A stretch of 64,000 nucleotides of DNA, from assembly GCA_036785375.1 (NCBI GenBank), contig JAWMAR010000034.1, positions 372,001 through 436,000 on the forward strand. The letters are read 5' to 3'. Shown in pieces: positions 28,001-43,000 of this stretch. How positions within the stretch are numbered: the stretch's first letter is position 1; each line of letters starts with the position of its first letter. The position numbers and the translations under genes were made by a program. The notes beneath the pieces were generated by a model, which was not told where the DNA came from, made no database searches, and saw nothing but the letters and a program-made list of their open reading frames with translations. Origin of the DNA: Leucoraja ocellata. Lineage: Eukaryota.

Positions 28001-31000
28001 GCTGAGCCCGGAGGACGGCGAATCCTTCAGGTAGAGAAAGAAGAAGAAAAGCTTATTACAAAAACTATAGTCAAATATTTGACATTGACACCAGCTTCTG
28101 CACTAGCTTACCTCCCTCATTTTATCCTTTAGCCTCTATCTATGTTTACTTGCTCAGTAAAGGCTATGGGCCTGAGACATGTTCGAGCTATCCTCCACTG
28201 TTGCCCTGGCTGATGTAGGATCATTATTTGCTACTAGGTTGGGACTCATCCTTCAATCAATGAAGGACCAGTCTCACCCTGGTCACTCCCTCTACTCCTC
28301 TCCCCCATCAGGCAAGTGATACAAAAGTTGGAAAACGCATACCTCCAGATTCAGGAAAAGTTTCTTCCCAACTGTTATCAGACAACTGAACCATCCTCTC
28401 CAACTAAATCCCGTTCCCAAACTACCATCTATCTCATTGGAGACCTTCAATCTTTAATTGGACTTTATCGGACTTCCATGTTATATATTTGCACTAAATG
28501 GTGTATTCTCTATCTGTGCACAGTGCACAGTTTGATTGTATTCATGCATGCTAAACTAAACTCTCTCACCCTCCACCCTAGTCACGCTCCTATTTATGGT
28601 TCCAATCCCACCCATGAGTTCCATGCCCAAAAACATTTAGTTTCTTTGACTGGATATAGCAAGCACTCAAAAACTTTTCACTGTACCTTGGTACATGTGA
28701 CAATAACTAAACACAATGTAACTGCTTCATGGCAGCCCACTCTATTGTAGAATCCTTCAGATCATGTAACAAAATGTTGAGTACTTCAAGGAACTCACTG
28801 AAAATGGACGTTTGGAACAATTGCATTTGCAGCTCAATTATAAATATGAATATTCGTGGAATTCAAAAATAATTGTTTACAACAATTGACAAAAAGGACA
28901 GAAAGAATTGACAGCTTCCTGGAGGAGCAGTTAAAGTAGTGCCTGATGGTCAGAAATAAACCATACCCAGTCCTGGTTCTCATCGACGTCCATACTCTCA
29001 CAGAAACTGCTGGCATCTTTTGGGGAGATCTTGGGGCTACTGTTGAGGGAGTCTCGGTGAAAGTGGCCATCACATGGGGGAGACGGGCTACTTATTATAG
29101 ACTGCAAAAAGAAAAACAATGCAAACTCGATTAAATTCTCAACCTTTTACAGCCTCGACATGCCTCAATGGGCTTCACCTAATTTTTGACGTGCAATTGT
29201 GGTTCATGCATCTGTAGAATCGTTGGATTGTTCAGGCTGAGGCAGCTGCCATGCAGAATGTCATAACCTAGGAAATAAGGCACCCCCATTTGCTTTCAGC
29301 AGGAACCTATGCATATCATCGTGATAATGCCAATGCCAATACCTATGCATAACATCGTGATGATGCCACGGAATCAAGGAATATGGGGGGAAAAGCAGGA
29401 ATGGGGTACTGATTTTGGATGATCAGCCAAACGTCGCCCATTCCTTCTCTCCAGAGATGCTGCCTCACCCGCTGAGTTACTCCAGCATTTTGTGTCTACC
29501 TATGGTTGATCTATCTTTCCCTCTCAACACCATTCTCCTGCCTTCTCCCCATTACTCATGACACCCATACTAATCAAGAACTTATCAATCTTCATCTTAA
29601 AAATATCCATTGACGGCCTCCACAGCCTTCTTCACAGTCCCACCACAAGGAAGAGTTGTGCATGAGGACACATTTGGAATCCAGGGTCAGGACACATTTG
29701 GACACAAGGGGAGATCAGCAAGTACGCAAATGCTCACCACTCCCTGGAACTTTGGGGCCAACAAATAACCTCCCACTATCATGAATCAGAAGAACGCATT
29801 GGTTGAAATATGGGTATCTCAAAATTTAAATGAAATGTAGGACCTTTGAGGACAACAATTCTTTTCAGGGGCATTTAGTTTTGAAGTGTAGTCTTTATGT
29901 CGTAGAAAATAGGAGTCAATTTGCACGTAGCAATCTCCTACAATTCAACCAGGTGATAACAACCAAGTGTCTGTTTTTAAAATTGTCATTAACTGAGCCA
30001 TTTGTCAGGTCCCAATTCTTATTGCTACAGGATCCTCTACATCCACCTGACACCACAGATGTGATCTTCATTTAACAGCTCATCTGAAACAAGGCACCTT
30101 TGCCATATTAACATTCGCTCAGCACCACGTAAATATTCAGCCAAGATCTTGAAGCTCTGGTTGCCGGCGCGGAGATTGAGAACACCATAACGATTTCATC
30201 AACTAAACCACAAGTAGCAAAGGATCAGAGACACTACTCAGGGAAAAATTAACATCAACATTTACTCTATTGAATTGTAACTCAGTAAAATATTGCTAAA
30301 ATCCAAAATCATAAAATTGTTTGGTGCTTGGCTTTATAATTTGTATTTAAACAATTTTAATATTTGTAATTGTGTGTAATTTTGTTATGTTAAGAAACAG
30401 GAGGATTTGAGTGATTGCAGAACTACACAAGTTGCACGCTTCAACCACTGTCAATCATGCAAAATGCAAGATTATAGAAAAATATAAATCTCATATAAAG
30501 TCATACAACAAGGAAACAGGCCCTTCAGCTCAGCTTTCCTATCCATGCCTTCTAACTGTTGTTACAGTTTCTGTCTCAACTACCTCCTCCTGCAGCTCAT
30601 TCCATACACTACTCACCAAACTGTGTGAATAGGTTGCCCTTAAGATTCCTATTAAATCTTTCTCCTCTCACCTTAAACCTATGTCCTCTGGTTCTCGATT
30701 TCCCTACCCTGGATAAAATATTATGCGTCTACCTTATCTGTTCCCCTTCATGATCTTACACACCTCTATAAGATCTCTCATCCTCCTACGCTCCAAGGAA
30801 TAGAGTCCTAGCCTGCCAACCTCTCTCTATAGCCCAGGCACTCAAGTCCTGGCAACACCCACATAAATCCTCTCAACATTCTTTCCAACGTAACATCTTT
30901 ACTAACATGCTGACCAAAACTAAGCACAATACTCCAATTGAGGCCTCACCAGTGCCTTGTAGAAATGTAGCATAAGATTCCAACTTCTAAATACCCTGCC

Positions 31001-34000
31001 TGAAGAAGCCCCATGTGCCAAAAGCCTTCCTGACCACCTTATCTACCCGTAATGACACTTTCAAGGAACTAAGTACCGGCACTCCTAGATCTCTCTACAC
31101 TATAACACGGTTCCCAGAACTTTACTCTTTACCGTAAAGGTCCTGCCCCAAAATGCAGCATTTATATGCACTGCTCACCTCTGCACGGCTGAATGAAATG
31201 CGACTTCTATCGGACCCTGTATTCTCACTCGGTGATTGAAGGTCATGCTCCCAGTCCCCTGCATCTGATGAGTGAACAAGAATCAGTCAGAAGACAGAAA
31301 ACAGCAAATATGCAATTGTACTTGAACAAAGGTGACACCTAGCAATTCAATGTTCTCTAGCTACCTGGAGAATGCAGTCGATATATCGTCTGCTTAACTG
31401 AGCCAGAAAGCGGTACAAAACTCAAAATAATTCAGCAGCAGAATCTGCAGCAACCAGGCAGAACCTGGTGCCACCAACACTCCGAGAAATGCTTAGCAGG
31501 AGTGCTGTCAAACAAGATTTGACCCGAGGCTAAAGACAAAAATGTTGGGCTGTCTGTCTTCTGACAGATAAACACATCAGCCATCTTAATATTCAGTTGC
31601 AGGATGTTTTATAATCCAAGATTGAATTTTGGATTAACGGTTTGCTAAATTAGGGACTCGGATAAGAATATCACAGATCATGAGGCGATGTAAGCATTAA
31701 AAGAGTTGATATGCTTATTCCAGAACAATTCAAGATGGATTATTTAGTGTGATGTTTGAAAGGACGTCACAAAGAACTAATCTGAAACTATCATGATATG
31801 AATTCTAAGAATTTAGAAGGTAATGTGCCAAAATCAAGCAAATGGGACTAGCCCAGAAAGCCAACATGGTCAGCATAGATAAATTGGGTCGAAGGGCCTT
31901 TTTTCATGGTACATAAGCTCAATGACTGGAAAAAGCAGCATCAACCAGTTATTCACAGGTTCCACATCAATGCCAGTGGCTTTCTCTCACTTGATTTGGA
32001 AAGGAAATTAGATAAGGATTTGAGATAGATTAATTTGCTGGGCTTTGAGGAAAGAGCTGGGGAATGGGACAGAAGTATTGCTGATGAGCAGAAATATATT
32101 CTGTAACAATGCCATAATTTACCTTTAGATCTAATGCATTGTATTGCCAAAGCAAGTTACTAAGACAGTGGTAGGTAAATGACTAGGCAAAAGACCGATT
32201 TACAACAAAAAAAAAAAAAATGTTTATAAAATGTTTAATGGATCATTTGATGTGGGAGATAATTTTAGAACAAGAGACCAACAAATGTTTTGAAAATGAA
32301 TTAAAGAACAAAGAGATTATTAAAGGATACAAGGACTGAGCAAATTAGTGAGATTAGATGGATTTGATGAGCAGGGTTACTTCTCTACTTCTTATGCAAC
32401 TAGAAATTACTAAACGTCCCATTCCAAATACCCTGCAATAAAAACAAGTCTACTATATACAAAAAAAAAGGGTAAAATAGGGACACTTGGATGTTTGAAA
32501 AGATGGAAGGAATGGAGGAGAGGGAGGGTACAAAAAGGGGGTGGATTGGATTGGGAGGTTCCCAAGGGGGAAGCTATTGTGTACAGGAGGACAATGTTGA
32601 GAAAGGAAATGGATGTGTGCAAAAGTGCGCCAATAAAAAAGTATGCTTAAATAAACTAAAGAAATTAAGTAGCTGACAGAGAAATCTCATTACTGATGTT
32701 ACTCAGGATTCCTAATGGTTGTTACGAATAAGGAAAATAAATAACGGTTTTCAACGCTCCACATTTTACTGCAATAAACCTGACAAATTGAGGTGTTGCA
32801 TGAAACACTGAGAGAACATGTCTGCCAGATCAAAAATAACCTCCTTCAAAAGAAAACTATCATTTTGCTTCTGTAATGAGAATCTCTCTCCCCAGTATCT
32901 CACCCTGGTGAGACCATGCGCGTTGTTCTCAGCCTGCAATCCATTATAACCACTAGAAGACATCTCAGTTCCCAGGGATCCATATACATCCACAAATCCC
33001 AATTAGGGATTTAGATTAGTAAGTGAAGATTTTAGGTAAAGATTGGACTGTTTAAAGAGTCACTCATCAATAAGGCATGAAGAAACAATTTAGTCCTCAC
33101 CTTCAGTCAGTCTTTCAACAATAGATAGTGTTTCCGAGTGTCGACCTGCACTTGAGCCATCCTGAAGGAAAAAATAATAATTAGAATAAATTACTTTAAA
33201 AACATTTAGAACAGGGATTGTAGGTGGAGGATGGTGGGAAGGTAACATCAAGGCAGAGACACAGCTTCTTCTTCCACCATACAGATAACTAAAAGATTGG
33301 ATTAGCTACATTACAGCAAATTAACCCAGGTTTATTTAGAAAACACCTACCCAGAGTACGAATTAGCCATACAACAATAAGCATCTTCTTAAGGCAAAGC
33401 ATGGATTGTGACATAAGTAGTAATAAGCTCACAAAGGTTTCTTGCCCCAGAGGATGGACAAGGGGTTGTTAACAAGTTCTTACTTTAGACAAAGACGCCT
33501 CACCTGTAAGGAACCTGTAGCTTTGCTAAGTTGTTCCTGGAGTTGCTGGATGTGCTTCTCCACCTCCTGTTGATCTCGAAGCACCTGTGGCGATGGATTC
33601 TTTGTGTATTTCTCCTTAAGTTGCTGTTTTTTAAAAAAAAGCACCACAAATTATCAACCCTGGTCTTGAAATTGAGTTAACATTAGTGTTGGGCCAAAAC
33701 AGTCCCAGTGGAAGGCAATAGATTCTTCTGTGTCTTAGTTGTATCACCTAGGATTATATGGTGCACTGCCCAAAACTTTTTGTGTAAACATTGGTGAAGA
33801 GATCCCATCAGTTCCAGCAAATCGCTATCAAATCGCCAAACTGTGAGTAGCTGGCGATAAACAGACAACTCACACAGAGATGACAATGACACTGAGCCTG
33901 CAAATGCAAAGGGACTGTGTGAAGGATGTTTTATTCAATAAATAATCCATTATGTATCTGGCATAGCGACATTTGTGGTCAATATTAAAACCTGCACGTG

Positions 34001-37000
34001 TCAGGCACACGACCAGAATGACCTGTGATCAGAATCATCAGTTCAGCAGGTGAATGTCAAATTTCATAGGTTTGCAAGATTTCATGGGATAGACGATTTC
34101 CATTTTTATCTGCTTTTCTGTTAAACAAGTTGTGGCTTGAACGATCCGACATACCTCCAGCTGCCGTAACTCTGTGCCCAGCATGTTCCTCAGAATTTCA
34201 ACCTTCTGGTTGTGCACAATGTTATCTTCCTGTGTAAGGAATAGGAGAGAGTCAGACTCCATTCTGGTCACTCACTTCTTCAAAGAACTCGGTGCAAGTC
34301 TCCAGTTTATATTAAATGGACAGAGAGAGGGTAGACAAGTGACAGAGAGAGGGTAGACAGTTTTTCTTTTGGGGGGTGGCGGGGAAAGAAGCAGGTAGGG
34401 GCTCATTGTGAAAAGGCAATTGAAAAGATACTTGGAGCGAGAGAGAGATGCACTCATTGGTAGAGAGAGGGAGCTAAAGCTTGACATTTGCTTGTCTGGC
34501 TCTTTTGAGCAACACAAAGTTCAAGACTATTTAGACTGCAACAATTTATTTATGTTCCCTTTAGGAAAAGAATACTTTCCCGTTTACTGGTAGAATGTGA
34601 TGGTACGGGCTCCTGTCAACACCACTCAATGAGAATTTAATTTTGCAAACTATCACTGCTTAAGTGATGAAATGCTATTTCCACCACTAGAGGGAAAGAA
34701 AACACCATTCATGCTTTTTATTGCCAGGCAGCCAGACTTGCCAACGTTGATCAAGAGACAGGCGAAGAGGATTGTGGGTTTGATGATCACATGTTAGTTT
34801 ACAATAACTTCTGTCGAGAGTAGTGTTCCATTCACACAAAGGTGCTTGGAATTCTGCCACTCAAAGAACAAGCAGATCTGACAATACAGCACAAATCCTG
34901 TAGGAAGCGAGTGGCAGACAGATACTAGAGGGAGCCAATAACAGTTAACTCTGAGAAAAAGTAATATCTGAGCCACTGGAAATCAGCTATGCATGGAATT
35001 AGAATAAAGTTTTGCATACTCACCGCCACAGGCATGGGGCTTGTGATCCGCTCAGGACAACTGCTGCTTGAAGAATGGTGGGAGAAAGTTGGATTTGGGG
35101 CCATTTGACTTTGTTGACCGGGGAAAAAGAAACCGCCAGCATCTCCATCGACAGAAGTCAATGGTATCTGGGGAGAGCCAGGAGGACGGCCCAGGACCGT
35201 GAGAGCCACGTACGACCCAGCTGGTAATAGAAAGCAAAACACAGTCTACACATCTCTTGCAATAGGCCCAAACCAAAACAGATTTAGGTTCAGTCAGTCT
35301 GAGCTGCTCGACAATTCAGCAGCCAATATTTAGTTTTAGTTTTAGAGATGCAGCGTGGAAATGGGCCCTTCAGCCCTCCCAGTCCGTGCCGACCATCGAT
35401 CACCCTTACATTAGTTCTACCCTACACACAAGAGACAATTCACAGAAGCCAATTAACCTTCAAACCTGCATGTCTGGAATGTGGGAGGAAACTGGAGCAT
35501 CCGGAGAAAGCCCACGCGGTCACAGTGAGAATGTACAAACTTCGTACAGGCAGTACTCAGTCAGGATCAAACCAGTGTGTCTGATGATGTGGGGCAGCAA
35601 CTCTACTGCTGTGCCACGGTGCCCTTCCTAATTCTGGGAGTATAGGAGTTGTTTTGTATTTATGCGACTCTTTAGGCAATCGCCTCAATGGGTAAAAATA
35701 CAAATTAACGAGTCATTATTTAAAGATCATTTGGGTGGGGATCTATGCTCCGCATATTGCAAGCTTCTTACATTACAATAGTGATTACACTTCAAATATA
35801 CTTCAATGGAAGTAATAGCTTTCAGATATTCTGAATTCTGTAGGATGTTGTAGAATACAAGTGTTTCTTTCTGATCGACAATGAAAGGCAACGCTCATCA
35901 ATTGCTCAATGAACAACGGGCAAAGCTAATCTTAATGAAACACGCCCACTGCCTTATCGCAAAGTCACCCGACATTTTAACTACTAATTCTGCAGCTGCT
36001 TCAGTGAGGAACTTGTGACAAAGTGACTGTGGTCTTAACTACTTCCCTAATGCGGAACCAAGATTACACCGAGGCACAGAGCTCTGGTGCAGACCACACA
36101 TGTCAGCTGTAACTTCTGGAAATCTGCAACCACCGGCAGTAACCTTAAAACCCTACATGGACAGCAAACTGCAGATCACTTTGCTTCTAGGTTTATGCTG
36201 AAGGTATGTCATCAGGACCTAAGTTATACAGACACTGTGGATTTTGCACTTCATTGGCAAACATAATTCAGAATTGAACACTTCTGACCGCAATCATTCA
36301 GTTCAAATATTCTCCGGGGCATGAAATAGCAATCTGGCAAAGCATGGCAGGGAGGGAACAGGTCTAAGAGTGGCAATCTATTGGAATGGGGAGGGCACAC
36401 AGTACACTGCACAGTCCGATGGGGCAATATTTTATTAGTAACCGTGACATACTTTAGATGAATCATTAAATCTGTATGTCTGGAAAGTAAAACATTAGAG
36501 TCTGTGGCATAATTCGGTTTTCTCTTTCACCACAACTAAGGCCCACTCTATCTAGAAACTGTCAAGCTGGAAAATGTGTCACCACTCAACGATGATGGAA
36601 TTTTAAAGGTGTATAGTACGAGCCTCACATTTCTGTATACAATGCCCTCCATAATGTTTGGGACAAAGATCCATCATTCATTTATTTGTCTCTGGACTCC
36701 ACAATTTGAGATTTGTAATAGGAATAAAATGACATGTGGATAAAGTGCACATTGTCAGATTTTATTAAAGGGTATTTTTTATACATTTTCACCATGTAGA
36801 AATTACAGCTGTATTTATAGATAGTTCCCCCCCTCCCCCCCCCCCCCCATTTCATGGCACCATAATGTTTGGGGCACATGGCTTCACGGCTGTTTGTAAT
36901 AGCTCAGGTGTGTTTAAATGCCTCCTTAATGCAGGTAAAAGAGAGCTCTCAGCAGCTAGTCTTTCCTCCAGTCTTTCCATCACCTTTGGAAACTTTTATT

Positions 37001-40000
37001 GCTGTTTATCAACATGAGGACCAAAGTTGTGCCAATGAAAGTCAAAAGAAGCCATTATGAGACTGAGAAACATGAAATTTTAGAGACGACTTTTCAAAAG
37101 TTAATGCTTCACTTACATTTAATTAACCGAACCACCTCCACATGGTTTGAATGAGTGACCAGCGTCCCATTAACCTGCAGACAAAACATCACCATTGACA
37201 TACTTCATATTTCTAACATAGGAAATGGGCACACAGCCCAATGCTAGCTCTCGGAGTTAGAGACCATCAATTGAATTCCCCCCGATTGTTACCCCTCAAC
37301 CAGTTCCTTTTCACATCAACTCCTCATACGCATTCTGATCAGGTCCTCCGCACCTCCGAGTCTTCTGCCAAGCACTGATATTTCCGCTACCCAATTAACC
37401 TATACATCAGCGTGTCATTGGGACGTGGGAGGAAGTTGGGCCAGCAGAGGGAAACAGACAGTCATGGGAAATCGTGTAAGTTCACACAGGCATCATGAAG
37501 GTCAGGATCAAATCCATGTCGCTGGAACTACAAGGCAGCAGTGCTGATCTGCATCAAATCTGCAGCATGGTGATACAATTCAACATTTAACTAAACGTCT
37601 TTAGACCTTAATAAATATCTGTGAAAGGTTACCAGAATTAAAAGGAATTACATACATGTAGAATTTTAAACCGACTGCTGTTCGCAGATTTAAAAAATGT
37701 TAATAAGACAATTATCCTCGTGATCAAAATCCTATAGGAAGGCCATCAGAAATAATCCCACCTCATAGCAAGGGAGGGTTCTAGAAGGCTAAAGTTATGA
37801 ATGTGTGATGGTTAAAAATTCCCCACACATATATCCGTAAATTTATTTTATATATCAGATCTCTCTTAAACCCGTGACGTTCCAGAAAAGACAATCCATG
37901 TTTGTCTGACCTCTCCTTATAGCTGATACCCTCAAATCAGTATTCTGGTGAACCACTTCTTCCACCCTTGTCTTCCTGTAATGAGCAACCAAAACTGCAC
38001 ACAATATTCAAATTGCAGCCTAACCAAAGTCCTATCAAGCAGCAACATGATTTCCTGCATCTTTTTGGATCTACAATCAAGAAGAACACCGATAACCTCA
38101 ATAATTTATTATGGAGAAACAGCAGGGATGTACAAAGGAGACACATGGCCCTATAAACGCCTCAATTTTCTGATGCTGTTATGGACAAGACAGTTGGTTG
38201 AAATTACTGAAATAATTCACTTGGACTTTTGACAAACATCTGAAGTTTCACATGAAAGTTTTCTATTACACCAAAGATTTACAGATATAATTTATCAGGT
38301 TATACAAAGTGTTAAACATTGGTTGAAATAATGCGAGTGAAAAGCACAAGTACACAAGGTGTGGAATGATATAAATAGATATGATTACGTAATTCCACAC
38401 CTTATGGTCTTGTACTTTTCAGTCACATTTTTCAACCAACTTTTTAACACTTTGAATAACCTGCTAAATGCAAGACGCATAGTTATATTTGTCTCTTGGA
38501 CATTACAGTGACTGTAACAAGCATTTAGATGTCAAATGACAAACTCTTCTGCCTCTGCAGAGCAGTTCTCACCTGGATACACTGCTCACTCACGCCCATA
38601 TGGGAAGGGCCATCAGTAAACAACAAACCACAAATACAGTTCCTGGGAATCATCAACTTTAATAATGGTGAATATCAATTCCCATTCACACATCATGCTC
38701 AATCAGAAGAATTCTCCTTGCATATGACTGGCACCAGTGAATGCTGTACCTCACCTTAATGATTCTGTCGCCCTGCTGCACACCTGCACGCACAGCTGCT
38801 CCATCTGCAAAACAAACATGTGGAAAGTTGGAGCTTAAAATGGAACCAGTGAAGACATTCTGACTCCTGTTTCATGTTAAGCTAAAATATTTCACTGAAA
38901 TTTCCACATGCAATTTAACAGAATAGGACCATGAAAGCTACACTAGATTAATCGGGAAAAAAAAAACATCACCAGACATTAAAGAGCAGAGTAAGTTTAT
39001 AAAATTACCCTCTTTGACAGACTGGACAAACACTGGGTTATCTCCACTGACCGTCAGGCCAAACCCATTTTCATCTCTCTGGATTATGACACAGCGCTGA
39101 ACTAGACCTGGTCACAAAGAAAAGGAATAGAAATCAGTCAGTCAATGAGTAATTTACCAAAATGCGAGACAAAGGAAGCCAGGAACTGCCAAGACCCACC
39201 TCACTACCCCCAATTCTTGGGATGGGAAGGGCATCTAATCACACCTTTTGGACAGCAGAGTGGGTATACAAGAAAATATATGGATGTGAGGGGAAAAAAC
39301 AGGGTCTTTTTTTGTTTTTGTTTTATTGCATATTATAAAAACACATTTAATGACAAATCGGCATTTAATTTACACCGTAATATCACGATTTTGATTGGGG
39401 GAAAATTAATTATAAAATATAATTAGAGTGATCAGTTTGGCACTGCATGTTGCACACTGCTGCTTATTGACCGTCCTTGGGCTTCCAACTTTTTAAACTA
39501 AGGCATTTAAGTCTTAGAACAGAGGAACCTACTCAAAAATAATACTGCCGATGTTACAAATTTGAAATAGAAATTGCTCAAAATAATAATGAAACATCAA
39601 CTGCATTTCTCTCTCCATAGATGCTCCTGGTATACTGAACACATGCACCATTTTCTGCCTTATTTCAAAGAACTTGTTTTAATCAATTTCCACTCATGTT
39701 AAGATATGACGAACTACTCAACCCGCGGAACAACTACAGAGAGATGTCTAGAAAAATCAAAACATAAATTTTCAATGGAATAGATATTGGAAGAAAGGAA
39801 AGCAACATAAAATGTTTATCCCATGGAGATGATCTACTGTAAGAATCAACATGTAACAAAGCACCCCAAACATTTAAGAGGCCACAAATTCACATTGGAA
39901 AGGTGAGAGAAGCACAGCTAGATTTATGATTGGAACAGCATGGGCACGTGATTCAGGTGAGAGACTTGACATAGGAGCACCGATGGGATGATCTGACACC

Positions 40001-43000
40001 GTGGGTAGAAAGGCAAGGCCATGCTGTAGCACAAGCACAAGTTTTTCTGAGCCAGGAGCGTTTGGCCAGGTTTAAACAAGAAGAAAGGGTTACAAACAGT
40101 AACTGGTTTTGATCAACCAGGAAAGGACTTAAAAAAAATAAAGCACAATATAAATAGAACCAGGATTAGGCCCTATAGCTTATCAAGCGTGCTCTGCTAC
40201 CAATAAACAGCCACAAGAACTCCACATCCCAACACATACAAGACTTGTTCATGTTATGAAATGCCACCAAGTACACTTGACGTTTTCCCCTTGGAGTCCA
40301 GTGATTTGACATTGTAAACATGTTTGGAGACTGAACTTAATGTCCCAAAAGCAAGTCTGGCCAAAAAATATACTACATCTGGAACACAGAGGTTCTGTGG
40401 GCTCAGCAAGGGAGATGGGTGATTGAAACACATCCTCTATTCCAACCCACTGTAAGATAGCAAAGCAGCTTCGCACACAACAAGCACATAGAATCAGTCA
40501 GTGGCACCAAGCAAGCTGACAGCCAGCAAAGCAGACTAGTTAGTGCACAGATTAACAGGACTCACATTTATGGTCATTGCAATTGAACCTGGGCTTCTTT
40601 TGTTTAGACGAGCTCTCTGCATAACAGCAGAAAAAGAGAAGGGTGGGGAGAGGGTGGGGTGGGGGCAAGGAGATGTATGGAAACATGTAGATTCACTACT
40701 CATAGAAAATGGTATATAAATACACACACATATCAACACAAAATTGGAAAATTTTGTACAGACTCAATATATACAAGAGGAACTATGACACAAATTAGGT
40801 TAATGTGTAACGTGATGGGTTAAGAAATGGAATTAATTGTTTTGACAAAAAGCTGGTAGCATAATTAACACATTGATGTAACACAGGAGACCATCCCCCC
40901 CCCCCCCCCCCCCCCCCCAATGGTACCAACATACCATGCAGTTATGTTCCGATATGATTTAGTCACATCAAATGGGCCAGCTCAATACTAATTCCCCGAG
41001 TTATACAACAGTTTTCTGGATAAATTAGCTATGGAATGCAGATTTGTGAACTCACAAGAATGTCATGACTGCACAAAGCAGGAGTAGACAGTCAATTGCA
41101 AGCACCGAGCAAACCATTCAGAAAGGCAGCCAGATCAATACGAGTGGTGGGAACCCGGGACCTACCGCATAGCTCTTGTCCATCAGAAGACTCCATTGGT
41201 ATTCCAGCAATTCAAACTACATTTGGGAAATGATGACTTTATCTTGCTTTTCAAAACCCGACATCTCAGATTGTGAAGTCAACATTAACTATTTGATATT
41301 TTTGGTCAACAGCCTGAACCAAGATGGAACAGTTTACTGAGCAAATGCGCTCAGCCATTCTTCTCTAAATGACATGGAGAAAAAGCCTTCTCCATTTCTC
41401 CTTCCCTTATCATTTCTCTTTCTACCATATCATTTCCAGCCTGTCTGCCTCAGTAAAGCTTTTTAGGCCAAGTTAACTTTTGGCCTGAAAAGAAAATTCT
41501 AACTTTCCTCTGAATCCCATCCCCACTATCATTGACCCTTGGAATACTAGATGCTGTTTGCATCCAGAGCCCCAGAAATGTAAGTGCACTTCACATAAGT
41601 CAGTCAGTCTGAGACTGCTTCTATAACAAATTTTGTAACAGCCTGCAGGTGCAGAGAAAACCCAAGGGAAGTGGCCTAATAGATACATCCACATTCCACC
41701 CTAGCTCAGAACTATTCCCTCCAGCAGTGAAACACCAAACATTGCCAGCACTCTGACCCGTTTGTTGAAAAATAATGATCCATCCAGGAGGGTCTGCAAG
41801 CTACCTAACCAGTTTATTCACTAAGCATTAAAGCAGTGTGGTAGAATGTATTCGTCAACTCGCTCACTCTCCTGTTGATCAAAAAAGTGCCTGAATCTAC
41901 TGTGGATGAGCATTAAGGTAATGTAAACCATGACTTATCAGTAAGAAGGCAGCAAATGAAAGAGTCCAATGTGTACATAGACACAAAAAGCTGGAGTAAC
42001 TCAGCAGGACAGGCAGCATCTCTGGAGAGAAGGAATGGGTGACGCTTTGGGTCGAGACCCTTCTTCTTGACCTGAAACTTCACCCATTCCTTCTATCCAG
42101 GGATACTGCCTGTCCTGCTGAGCTACTTCAGGTGTTTGTGTATCTTTGGTTTAAACCAGCATCTGCAGTTCCTTTCTACACAGTCTAATGTTTGTGACCA
42201 AAGTCTAACCATTTGAAGCCTGGAACTGAAAACGGCTCAAAGACTCTACAAATGTATTACCTGTTGGGTCAAATTCATACAGAGATGATTTTTCCAAGTT
42301 TTTTTTGTCATACTTTTTATCAGGCGACAGGTCCTTGTTCAGTATGCTTCCTTGCCTGTAATAAAGAACAGTTCACATTTTGACAATCCAACCGCAGCAC
42401 AGATATACAACATACCTAGTACTTATTCAGCTTTACATAACCTGCACCCCTTGTTCCAGCTTTTGTTCTGAGGCATATCACACATTCTTCCTGTGTACTG
42501 GGGAATCACCCACATTCAAACTGACACCAACATCCCTCTCTTATCTTTGCAACAAACTGAGACAGCTGCCAGGGAGTGGCTCAGAAACGACACAGAGTGC
42601 AAGCAACAAAGGTTGTAACCAATGTCTTTCATTTTGCCAGTATAGAGGATACATTTGAAGACATAAGATTGCAGAAGCTAGAATCTAAAACAAAAGAAAA
42701 AACAGGGTGCTGGACAAATTCAGCAAGTCAAGCAGCCCTTTGGAGACAAAACATGAAAGCTGACATTTTGGTCAGAACTGGGAGGGGAGAAGAGAAATTA
42801 CCAATGTATAGCAGTACAGGTGGGTGGGGGTGGATAGAGGATGGTAGGCGATAGGTGGAAACAGATGGGATGGGGGGGGGGGGGGGGAGGTGGGCAGTTG
42901 AAGGGTGGATGGAACTATACGGAGGGTGAAGAGGGGGAGGGAAGAGATGAACAAAAGTGAAAAGAAAGCTAGGTGGACAGGTGAAAGTTCATGTTCTAGG

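Noticed and set aside
29305-29368. Short tandem duplication acctatgcata(t/a)catcgtgat
   Set aside because: A simple local duplication next to a CR1 fragment; no evidence of function.
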